A DNA stretch of 64,000 nucleotides from the NCBI GenBank assembly GCA_051294905.1, contig JBPPKV010000017.1, forward strand, positions 1,302,001-1,366,000, read 5' to 3'. Within the stretch, counting starts at the first letter, position 1. Each line of letters begins with the position of its first letter. This stretch comes from Botryllus schlosseri (Eukaryota). Shown piece by piece: positions 38,496 to 49,498 of the stretch. The translations under genes and the position numbers were made by a program. The notes beneath the pieces are model-generated. The model did not search any database and had not been told where the DNA came from. It saw only the letters and a program-made list of their open reading frames with translations.

Positions 38496-39599
38496 AGAGT
38501 CACAAGTTCGCCGAAACTATAGCGGACGCACCGATGTCGTCTTTATATGCAATAATTGGATACTACAACTGAGTGTACAATTCATGTGGACATCATACAA
38601 GGCATAGATATGCATACATATATCAGTCATACTTCGGCTCACTGTAAAAGCTCGCATACATGAAAAAATGGTGGCGCCATATTTGGTTAAGCAAACTGAT
38701 GGTATAGCTAACACTTAACATGCATACGACACAGTCCCAGATAAGCACAAAATGATACCATCTCACTTATAATAGTCATATGTGAACCAATATCCTACTT
38801 GTAATCATGCTATATTCCTTAATTTCCAGTATTGGTGTGCTTAAGCTTTTTTATTCATTCGTATATATCGTGCTTTATAGGCAATAGACTATAGGCTTAT
38901 CGCGAATTTCGAACTCACATATGCTCCAATGCCTTACCCCAAGAGGTCTTTAAATACCCATGTTTCTATTGTCCTATGGTCCATTACACATCAAATTTCC
39001 AAACTTTTGTCCCGTTGGGGTGAAGGGTCCTGACACTAGTATAGGGGCGGGGTCAGTTATGACGCCTTATTAATACCTACAGTTGTAGTACTCGCTATTA
39101 AATTACTGCAGTAACAACCAACTATTCTCATATTAAATGTTCATAACTTGTACCTATATTTAAGACATGTTAGCGTCATCTTAAAGCAATATGATGGTAA
39201 ATGTCAAAGATTAGGTAAATGCAGTACTTGAACAATATAAGAAAGATAGGCGTCACGTTGCAATAATACGTCATAGTAAACCCTCCCATGAAAATACCCT
39301 TTTGCAGATTCATTTTTGCCAATACCGTAAACTTCATAGTTCATACACGTCATGATTGCAATACGACAAAATGCCGCTCGTCAGGCGCATTCACTTCGTA
39401 AAGTGAATACGCGGACAAAGCGGGTTTTAGGCTAGTGTCATATTCCATCATCGACACATCAGTTTCGAAAAACGAATGTGTGGATAAGTTCAACCATGGG
39501 TTACTTTTCTAAGGTCTTTATATTAGCAGTACTGGCCTGAAGTATTCCTAATGTTATAGGCCTATTAATTCCGGTTATATAATATTTCTGTATTTATTG

Positions 39600-39820
39600 T
39601 AGTTGGTGCCTAAAACGTTTTGGAAAGTCTGTCGATATCTTGGTCTAAAGACCAAGGTATCGATCCATTATTTTAGTAGCCCTAATCGTTTTGGAAAGTA
39701 TATCGGTCTTCTCCAGGGTCTACCACCGATGGTACCGATCTATAGTACAATAGTAGCCCTAAACTTTTGTAATCTATGTCGGTCTTCTCCAAGGCTACCA
39801 CCGAGGTACCGATCTAGCAA
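39600..39820. repeat. Degenerate ~76-bp tandem repeat (~3 copies) with palindromic GGTACC/GATC motifs
   Basis: tagtagcccta at 39674/39750; tcggtcttctcca at 39703/39779; ggtaccgatcta in both later units. Confidence 0.7.
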
Positions 39821-41069
39821 TTTGACATCTGCTGACATTGTGGTTGGCGACTAGATAGTCGGCAACTATACTGGCGCTTCAGCGCTACGACGTAAAATCG
39901 AAACAAGGCCCAATATGTGTGACAACACAAAATGGGCATAGTCGCCAACGAACTGACTCGCTGCTCCATGACCATTTACAGCGACTCCACAGGGGCATTG
40001 ACGTCCTGATCATAATGGTATTGAGTGTATTGACCTTGCCGGAATAGTAGCGCTTGTGACGTTCAGATATAGGTAAATATATTTTCAGTTTGAGTCAGAC
40101 CCGGACAACTAGAAAATTTTCAGCTTTTCCTAATTAGATGAGATTTAGAGCTATACAGCTTTTCCAAATTATGTTAAAATTAGAATTAGAGCTACGCAGC
40201 TTTATCCAAATTAGATTAGAATTAGATTACTTGCATTTCGTTCTAATTCAGTGAAATTAGACAACTAGAATTATTTAGTTGTGCAAGCCTGGTTCACTAA
40301 AACCACTAAACAAGAATGCTCTAAAATGCTGACAAAACCATGGAATGTACAAAGGCACCCGCCTTATTGTCGGCATGAATATGCTCAGAGAACGGCACAT
40401 ATTTATTGACGCACTGCGATACTACACATTTACAACGCCGCAACATACCCTACGGAAACTTTATCGCTGCTAGTGATTATTTGTCATCCTCACTAACTCT
40501 TGGTCCTAGTTCGGCCCATGTAAGCTTACACGAAATAATAGGGCGTTTTTCGGCATATTCAAATCTTGTCTGGAGTCAGGCTCACTTTCAACTAGACACT
40601 TTCATCTCGCCAAATCTGTCGCAGCCAATTACTTACGCGACAGGATAGTTAGTACGACTGCTCTGGATCGCAGTTTCGTGGTGTTTTGAAATGATGAAAA
40701 TATTATTAAAACTGATTGACTAAACGCGGCATAAGCACTCGTCATTTCCTGCTTTTATATCTCTGGACATTAGTATCTCTGGACTTTAATTCAACTATAC
40801 TAACTGTCCTACTCGAATTTTCGCGTAAATGAATTACATGCTTTTCGTATTGATTATTCGAGCGGGTTTCTGCAGATATGGATCAATACCGTTAAGCATG
40901 ATCCGTTTTGAATACTATCGATAAAACGTATTAATATAGTGTAGCCTTCTTTGTTTCATCCATGGCGACTAGGACTATATACCGCGCATGTTTGAGAACA
41001 AACGGCAATATTCGCGAAGGATTTCATATGTCATCACCCGTTCGAATTACACAGATTATGTCTGAAAGC

Positions 41070-42197
41070 GAGAGGTGGTCAGTAACAAAGTACTTCTACT
41101 TTTTGGGATTACTCAAGTAGTTTACCTCTACTTCCGGCACTTATTCAAGTAGATCTGATTTCCTCTACTTCTACTTCTACTTCGTAATATTGTGTGATCT
41201 ACTTACTTACTTTTCGCTATTTCCAGTTTGTCAAGTAGAAGTAGTCTAATCCCCAATACGAACGATAACTTGAGGAATTCCGCGGCTGTTTTCATGGAGT
41301 ACCAACATTTAATATTCATAAAGTCAAGCAAAGCCCAGAAATTTTATTGCGCTTCGCGCATAGTAGTGAAGGAGTGACAAATATGTTTTCATGAAAGTAT
41401 CAGTGAATGTAATTTACGTACCGGATTGCTTGGTTCCTCTCACACCGCATTGTCGCCCATATCAAATATTTCATCACAGTAAATAAGATCCACCACAACA
41501 TTTGAAACTACCGTTTCGCAATCTAGCAATCACCTATCATATCGTAATCTAGCAGCCCATTAAGTGTCTTGATAATCTGAAAACTCCAGCTTTTTTGAAC
41601 GTTACACCTGTTTTAGCAGATGACCTTTTAAGCTTTGTAGACAAAATACAGGAATTATATTCTCTGCTTTTTAGAAGTGGTATTTGTATTTCATTTTAAT
41701 TAACGTATAATAATAACGCAAAGTGATGTAACCGTATCCGATACATTTTCTACGTATTGCTCTTCGCCTAAACTTGTGGCCTTATAATATGGGGTAGGGC
41801 GCCATCTCATGATATTCTCTAAAAACGGGGTGTTCCAGTAAACAAAAGATAAGTATCGCATTTTCATATCAGTACTATAATTTGCATCCCATGATGCGAA
41901 ACAATACTTATTATGTTGAAAATTGATACCTCCTGGGATGCATCAATACGAATCAAACTCCCTGCACGTGCCGCATAGCTCAATTTGCAGCTTTTGACAG
42001 TCCATGCGAACGAATTGAGGCTGTTCTCAAAACTACTTACTTACTTGAGTAGATATAAAGTCAGTTAATTCTACTTCTACTTCAAGTAGTTTTAGGTGGC
42101 TTATTGAAGAAGTACTTCTACTTGTACTTGAGTAGATTTTCCGTCGCTACTTCTACTTCTACTTGAGTAGCTTTCTTGACTACTTCCTACACCTCTG
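41070..42197 (-). mobile_element. hAT-type MITE, second copy of the 10603-11887 family
   Basis: Reverse-complement homology over ~1.1 kb; eroded TIRs; degenerate TSD ctgaaagc/ctgatatc. Confidence 0.85.
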
Positions 42198-43708
42198 CTG
42201 ATATCATCCATTAGTCAAATTTTCTCTTTGCGGTGCAAGAACCAGGCGACTTGACGCGCACTATACTTCACGCGCGTATACAGCCGACCAAACCTCCAAC
42301 CTTCTAGGACTGCAACTACGTTTAGCGCTGCCACACGAAATATTTCTTAAAGGTACTCAACTTCGTGCTGTGATCTTTGCCGTATAGACTCGGTGCAAGA
42401 ATGTCCGCCTTGCTCCTGTGTTCTTTCTAAGCTTCAATTCCTTCTGCTCCGTGTTGCGAGTCCAGATCGGACTGAATAGACTTGTGATGTGCGGCTGATT
42501 ATATGCATTTCTGATTCAAAAAATAAAATAGGACTTCCATCACTTAACAGTTGGTAATTAATTTTGGACCTAGCTCGTGACAAGTTATTCTCTCTTTATC
42601 TATTATGAATCATAGTTCGTGGACCCACCGTGCCCATTGAACAATTGTTTTTTGGCTTCATCAGCCACCAAAATGGCATGACTGCGTGCACGAGTTGATC
42701 TCCCTCATCATCATAAATGACCCATTATCACGACTTCGTGCGCGGGCAGAAATGACTAAGTGTCACGACTCGCGCTCGTCTCCTTATTTATACCGTTTCA
42801 GGTACGTGACAACGGGAGGACACAGATAATACTGCGCGAATGATCGGGTTCTTATTGTATCTCCCTTATAAAGATGAAATCATAATTCACATTTTCCTAC
42901 GCGCTATGTTAAGCAATCCTGACAACGCATGCTCACAATCGCCAGCACACGGCGTTTTTTTCACCCGCGTGAATGAAGATTCAAATTGAGTGTGAATTTA
43001 GGATCACGTACAATTGTCGTTTTTTCTAACGTGAGTTTATCGAACTAATTTCAACAGTAATCCCAAATGTCATGTATTACCGTATGTATTGAGAAAAAAC
43101 GCAACTACATGTCGCATTACTTTGGTAAATTAAAAGTCGGCTGCACGCCGTGATATTAAATTTGCCGCAACGATAGTTCTTCGCATCTCATTCGAGTTAC
43201 CATATGGCATCCATTATGAAATTTGACTCCTTATAACTTCCTGAATTTGCACCGCACACCAAGATTTAACGGTTATTCATTCTCTCAGGCCAGGTTAAAA
43301 CTGTACTTGCCGCAGCCCGCCAACTATACAGCCGGCGAGTTCATATTTCGCTCTAATTAAAATGGCCGACACATCATTCCTCTGGTCATTTTTGGTTGTT
43401 TCTAGCAATTATCCTCGGTACACGTATACCGCATTAATACCTTCAAGTTCAGATCCTTCTACACTACATTTCCACCATTTTCTTTACGCTTATACGTCAA
43501 ATTTAGGTGGTATTAAATTTATTTGTTCCATATAAGTTCAAATAAACTTCAATAAATCATATGCTTCGTCATATACACTTCTTTCATAACCATTCTCTCG
43601 AATTTCAAACAGTGTTCTCCGTGTAAAGTAGGTATTAAATATGTAGGCCGATATTGTATTGATCCTGACTTCATACTTCGTGTTATCATTAACAGGTCCA
43701 TAATCATA

Positions 43709-44068
43709 ATGACACAACGACTATATTTTGTTGTTGAATTTATTAATTACGATAACCCGGCAGCTTTCGTACCAGAGACATGGGTTGTGGGAAAAAAGAG
43801 GTGCTTCTGGCCGCCCGCAAAATTGTCAAGCAAAGTTAACAACCTGCTGAAAAATTTTACGGATCCTAAAGAGACCTGGCCATCATACGCGATCAAAATT
43901 ATAGCCGAAGCTAGTATGTTGTTTTCAAGTTTCGAGTAGGCTAATCTTTACGTTTTTTGTATATTTTCTAGCTTCGTTTGAAGAAGCGGAAAAGAAAAGG
44001 GACCGGTCACTGCACCAGACAGATCCAGAGATTTCAGAATCGTGTGATGGACTGCCTGCTAAACGGAT
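43709..44068 (+). CDS. DUF4806-type transposon-associated gene, exons 1-2 (43709-43913, 43972-44068)
   Basis: MTQRLYFVVEFINYDNPAAFVPETWVVGKKRCFWPP..W..Y.IKII, then TSFEEAEKKR..P.KR; 58-bp GT-AG intron. The VVEF..VP..W..C.WP motif is typical of the N-terminus of these proteins. Confidence 0.75.
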
Positions 44069-45921
44069 GTAAGTAAATCTTTTGTTAATTGAATCGGAAG
44101 GCAATGCTTGCTACCATAGGCGCCGACTTACGAGGTGGCGGCCACCTCGTACAAAATGCTCAAACGCCCAAGTGATTTGTGACCAGTAATTAGTAATAAG
44201 GCGAATCGATGCGTCCTCGTTAGAGACGTCTTCGATTTCGATACGCGCGTGTGCCAGGCGCGTAGACACGGGGGTTTTATGGGTCGAACTTTCCCATTTG
44301 AAAAGCGAAACCACGTCATGTTGAAATGATCATTCTAACTCTATAATTCGGTTGCAATTCAATAATTGTGTAATCAGTGATTTGTAATCAGGATTTGCGA
44401 GAAACGTGTTGTCAATTAGCGAGAAGAATCTGTGATGATCTTCCGCTGAGATGGTCGCGAAATGGGGTCCTTCATTCTCGTGCGCGTGGCAATCGTCGCT
44501 AGCCTGATTTATCGCGTCTCGATCAAGCCTGGTTCAGCAGGCTTCAACAATAGCATCTGCCTTAGGCCCAGTTTACGCTATATCATCGCTTAACTGCGCA
44601 AGTGCATTAGCGGCTTCGGCCTGGTGTGCACGATATCAGCGCTGGCCTAGACAATAGCATCTGCAATAGACCTGGAGTGTAAGATATCATTGCTGGCCTA
44701 TGGCCTAACTATCGCGCCTCGGGCCTAGCATGATTTGGCCCCTATCTCTGCTGGTTTCGAGACAATGCGGTAAAGTTTACGCTGATTAGTGATTGCTTTA
44801 TGCCATATTGAGTAGAAAGCGACATCGCAGAAACTGAAAAACTGAATAACATCAAATCGCTGCAAACAGACTTTAACGTGCGAAATTGATTCCCGCTAAT
44901 ATACTTGAACGTAACGACCAGAAGATGTGTATCATGTCCCGAGTTCTGAAAATACGACAAAGGTTTGAAATAGGTGCAATAAAGTTCGGACATTTTGATT
45001 TGCGAAAACTGTAGCCGAGACTGCGTAATACGCGCACGTACTTAATTGTTCACCAGAGATAGTGACGCGCTAATTGACAGCACTCCCGGAATCTTTGGCA
45101 AGCTTATCATACGCCTAAAATCGCCGGTACGAAGAGATTATATGATCACCATTTACACATGTACTTGACCCTAATTGAATTGATGCTATATTGGTAAATT
45201 TGAAAAAAATCCAAATCGCCCTAATTTTTCGACTGGCCACGCGCCTAGCGTGTGCTGAGAAGCACCATCCTAGATCTCCTCTGTCGACCAGGCACCCAAA
45301 TATACGTTCTGCTTTTTTGAAATCTAAATTATGTGCACCCATATTCATTTTTACAAAACCATTCATGAGCTAGCTAGCTTCATGATAGGTAATCGGAGCG
45401 CGAAATTGGAGGGTGTGTTGGTGTACGCCTGCAAATTGGAATTCTGCGCCGATTCGTTTTTCTAACAAGGCTTTGCCAGTGACATTAATCGGAAAATGCA
45501 GCAATACAGCTTAAACACCGATATAATGAGAAAACAATTGTCGCGACGAAAGCTACTCAATACGGTGTCACACTCAAAACTGATTCGTGGTGATACTGAT
45601 TAGAATACACGCTTTCTCATTTGCCATCATCCATATTTCTTGTTATCTACTTGATACATTCGTACTACGAAATTGTCGCACAAAGTCATTTTTCGCTCAT
45701 CTATTTTGTGAATGTCGCCGGTGCCGACAACTATTTTACTTGAAGGATATTATAGTTATTGCTAGACAGTATTTTCAAAATTTGATTCGTAAATTAGTAT
45801 GAAGTAAAGTATTTTAGGACAGATATATTGGCACCATGAGAAAAATATGAATTTGGAATCGGTCGAAATTGGTGACGATCTAATTATAGTTCATTTTTTC
45901 TACAGTCTTGCTGTATTTTAG

Positions 45922-46933
45922 GTTTCTCAGTCAAAATGCCTACCAGCATAGACAGACAAAGCAATCAATCGCTCCACTCTCTCGACGACGATGAAATAAA
46001 CGCTGGGGAGGACGTGCCCGACTGCTTGGATGGCGAATCAGATAAATCTCTCGATGACAGTGAAATTGACATTGGTGAGGATATAGCAACCTCCGTCAAA
46101 TCCACTCCAAATCACAGTCGCGGTGTGTATGATTTTTATTTCCGCAGTATATAAAAATTAAAACTGTCATTTTTATCTTACAGGCATATCAGCTCAATTG
46201 CAAGCCAGCATGGATGTTGCATTGCGAGTCATGGATGCTAGATTGCAAGCTACATTGAAAGCTACATTGAAAGCCACATTGAAAACCATGGGTCATAAAG
46301 TCCTTAACGTTCAACAAGATATCAAGCAAATGTCAAAGAGTGTTTACAAAACAGAAAGAAACATGGACTTGATTCTGCCACACTTCAAAGTGTCTCTGCC
46401 TACAGAGCTCCCTGCCGCGTTTCCAATTAAAGATGGAGAGGAACTCAAAGAAATGGATCAGCTTGTAAAAAGTGATTCTGGAGCATTTGAACAAATTGTA
46501 AAAAATACCCCTGCCAATTAAGGTGCAGGCGCGTACTAATCTGCGCTTTCTTATAGGTGAAGGCTCTTGTCGGTGTTGGTGGAAATACTATTGACGAATT
46601 CATACGGCGGACAATGCCAAGACTAATGCAAAATGAATTTGCAAAGAGCTGCAGTGTCTTCGGAAAAAAGGATGACAAAATCCGTCTGAAAGATACAGTG
46701 ATTTTTAATAGTGTTTTTGGTATGTTGCTCGATAGAATTTGAAGTTTTTTATTCAGTTATGGACTGATTTATCTTGAACAACTACAGTCAAGATGAACTT
46801 GGCCACAAAAGAATGCACCGAAAAGGACGTTGAAAGCTCCATGCGAAAATGGCTTCAGAACTGCAGAGATCGTGCCGGCGGTTCAAGGTACGGACAAAAG
46901 AAGAGACAAGAGCGCGACAATGCCACAATCTGA
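45922..46933 (+). CDS. DUF4806-type gene, 3' exons (45922-46122, 46184-46497, 46557-46719, 46788-46933; possible extra exon 45818-45871)
   Basis: GT-AG introns of 61, 59 and 68 bp splice in frame with no stops. Protein: FPIKDGEELKEMDQL..LVGVGGNTIDEFIRRTM..L..EFA..S.FGKK..K..LKDT..TEKDVESSMRKWLQNCRDRAGG, the WL..(A/C).DR.GG signature of DUF4806. Confidence 0.8.
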
Positions 46934-48329
46934 AGCATTGGGGTTACCTTCAACCAGAAAAGCGCGGCGTATTCGTAATATCAATCGTTTCATTTAACTG
47001 TGAGCACGCAAAGAGTGTTCCGCTTGTATGATAATCCAAGCTACCTCGGCTGTGTGGCTATTGCACTCTGGTCGTTTCTGTGTCAGGATATACCAAGACA
47101 TTGAAATATTGCCGGAGGTGCTCAAGTAGGAGTTATGCATTACCAAATTTGAAGTGGAAGGAGCAATTTCCAAGACATGTAACAACTATTTCAGGTTGAA
47201 GTACAAAATAAAAATTGAGTGGTTTCAGAGAGTATACTTTTTTCAATGGATTCCATACTTAAGCAATTAATCGGGGAGGCTAATTTCGAGATATGTATCT
47301 CTGTAGGCTAATTCAAAATGACTAATTTATGCGTCCAGTCCACTATAGATAAAGAGACTTTTTCATGCTGTTGTTTAAACAAACTTATCCTGAAACTACT
47401 AGCCACCTTTCAAAATCCTAATTGTAAAGAATAAGTTGTCAGTTTTTCGTAAACTGTTCACAGTGTTCAAGTAGAAGTTGGAGTAGTCTACACCTAGTTG
47501 CTTGAGTAAGTAGTGCAAGTAGGCAAAACCTATTGTAGAATTCTGAAAGAGTAGGTAAGTGCAGTCGTGTAATTTCCTTGTCGAGTCATATCTTGATGGA
47601 AACCTCTCAAATGTACGCTGTACGAATGTTACATTGAATATATTGGATGGTTTTCTGTAGCCGATGTTGATGCTTATTTATTTGCACGGAGAAATTCCGC
47701 GTATCTGCTGTGAAACTAATAACATACGTCTATCGTTATGTTGAATTGTGGAATTTGAAGTTGGCTCGTCTTGTTAGTTTTAATATCTGCCTAGCATAGA
47801 ACGACATTATCCTTCTATTAGAATGGTCCAAGTGTCAAGTTGAAAAATTTGGGAATGTGTGTGTTGCATTCAAAATTATTCGCACCCAGAAATTCCCTAG
47901 GCCTAGAACACAAATTGATAATGAACATCTGCACTGCTGAGGGTAAAGATGAATTGCCCACTACCCATTGCAAACTCTTCACATTCCAAAACTGATCTCG
48001 TACCTGCTGCCTCTTCAGATTTTAATTAATGTCATGCCTTGACGTGATCAAGTTTGACTTGCACATTGAGTGACTACGGTAACCGATTTCAATTGATCAC
48101 TGCTTCGGCGGCGGGCAATGTCTAGATTTTAGAGTATGGACGCTTTGATATAATCTGACTATCGTACTTTTTTTATTGAACGTCCGCATTCAATTCGACG
48201 GTCTGAACATGCGATAGCCGGTATTTTATATTGCACAATACAACCATATGTCCCTTTTCACAGAAACCTCACACTGGAAAATTTGTGTGTTGGGTACCGG
48301 GGTGTCTCTAACGAATAGCCATAGCCTTC

Positions 48330-48665
48330 CGCAGTTACACATGCGTCATGCCTAAAAGAAACGACGGAGATCGCGGGGTTTCAGATCGTCTGCAAACACC
48401 AACTAACCACTGGACCAAGATGCACATCATTCGTATCAATACCGCTTCTGCTTAACAACGTGGGAATAGGGAGTCGTTTTAACCAAATGGATCGCAAAGT
48501 GCATAACGGTTGAAAGCTACAGATCACTCTATATGAGTAAATCAAATTAAAGTTGGGGTCTGACAAAAATTGGCAGAAGCCATTTTCCTCTGGAAGAATT
48601 AGGCCTGCCGCAATGTGATTTTCACGAATGGTCCTATTATTGTCTATGGTATCGAGGTCACGCAC
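48330..48665 (-). mobile_element. Highly decayed LINE reverse transcriptase fragment
   Basis: LILPEENGF..NL, HLGP and LVFADDLK in adjacent minus-strand frames. Confidence 0.35.
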
Positions 48666-49192
48666 GCATCACTTCCAGATTTGCGAAATTTCTGGCACGC
48701 ATTTCTTCGCTGTTGCACATTCTCGACGCGATTAAGCAGTTACCCGGACAACGAATTTTAAAGAGTGGTCAGCTCATAGTGTCCTAAAAGTTTGCACATG
48801 GTTGAGAAACGATAATGCGTGTCCACGATACCATAGAGATTTATGAACTGCAAAACGACCACCCGAGAAAACCTATCAGCTGCAGTTTGAATACGGGGGC
48901 TTTCAGATCAAAATATAGCTGGTGCCAAAAGATTTTCCACACCTTCAACTTTAATTTGGTACCACATCATATGTAGAGCGTAGTGCTGTTGAATTACACA
49001 GCCGTGGACCGTGCGTGTATCACTAACACCATGAGAACAACCATCACGAAGCTGCGATTCAGATACATCGGGCTGTGTTCTAGCAGTAGTAATCAAATAT
49101 GTATTGTTCAAGCTCCTTCTAGGTATCATTTTGAAGCATTTTCGGTCACTATGGTTTCAGCTACCGAGATTTTGAGACTATATTTCAGTTAT

Positions 49193-49498
49193 TGTTATGT
49201 TCGTGTATTTACGTTGGTATCGTTTCACTCTATTTTGTATAGGACTAGTAATTAGCGCCAATCATTATTTCCTCGTGTGCCTTGCGTTGTATTTATACCC
49301 TGCTGTTTTCTGTTGTCTCGTGGTCTTTTCATTTAACTGCACTCTGGATCGTGTCGCTGTCATAAAGTCATTCTGCTGTTTAATATACTGATTTCATATT
49401 GCAACCTCGTCGCATTGAGTTATTGTTCAACCAAGATCAAGAACATAACAATTGGTGTCAGAAGTGGGATTCGAACCCACGCCTCCAAGAACATAACA
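49193..49498 (+). mobile_element. LTR-retrotransposon relic: 258-bp LTR + 35-nt tRNA-Leu complement + second LTR terminus
   Basis: LTR TGTTATGTTC (49193)...GAACATAACA (49450); TGGTGTCAGAAGTGGGATTCGAACCCACGCCTCCA (49453-49487); AGAACATAACA (49488-49498); perfect 5-bp TSD GTTAT on both sides. Confidence 0.9.

Noticed and set aside
43050-43708. Protein-like minus-strand frame (YDYGPVNDNTKYEVRIN...)
   Set aside because: About seven stops in ~200 codons, no motif recognised, and the + strand reads as an intron ending at an acceptor just before the DUF4806 ATG.
42821-47712. CACAG...CTGTG as termini of a CACTA element carrying the DUF4806 gene
   Set aside because: Only 9/12 match and no supporting subterminal structure; could be chance.
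49453-49487. Functional tRNA-Leu gene or a stand-alone tailless tRNA retropseudogene
   Set aside because: Only the 3' 35 nt are present, CCA is encoded, and it lies directly after an LTR inside the LTR's 5-bp TSD.
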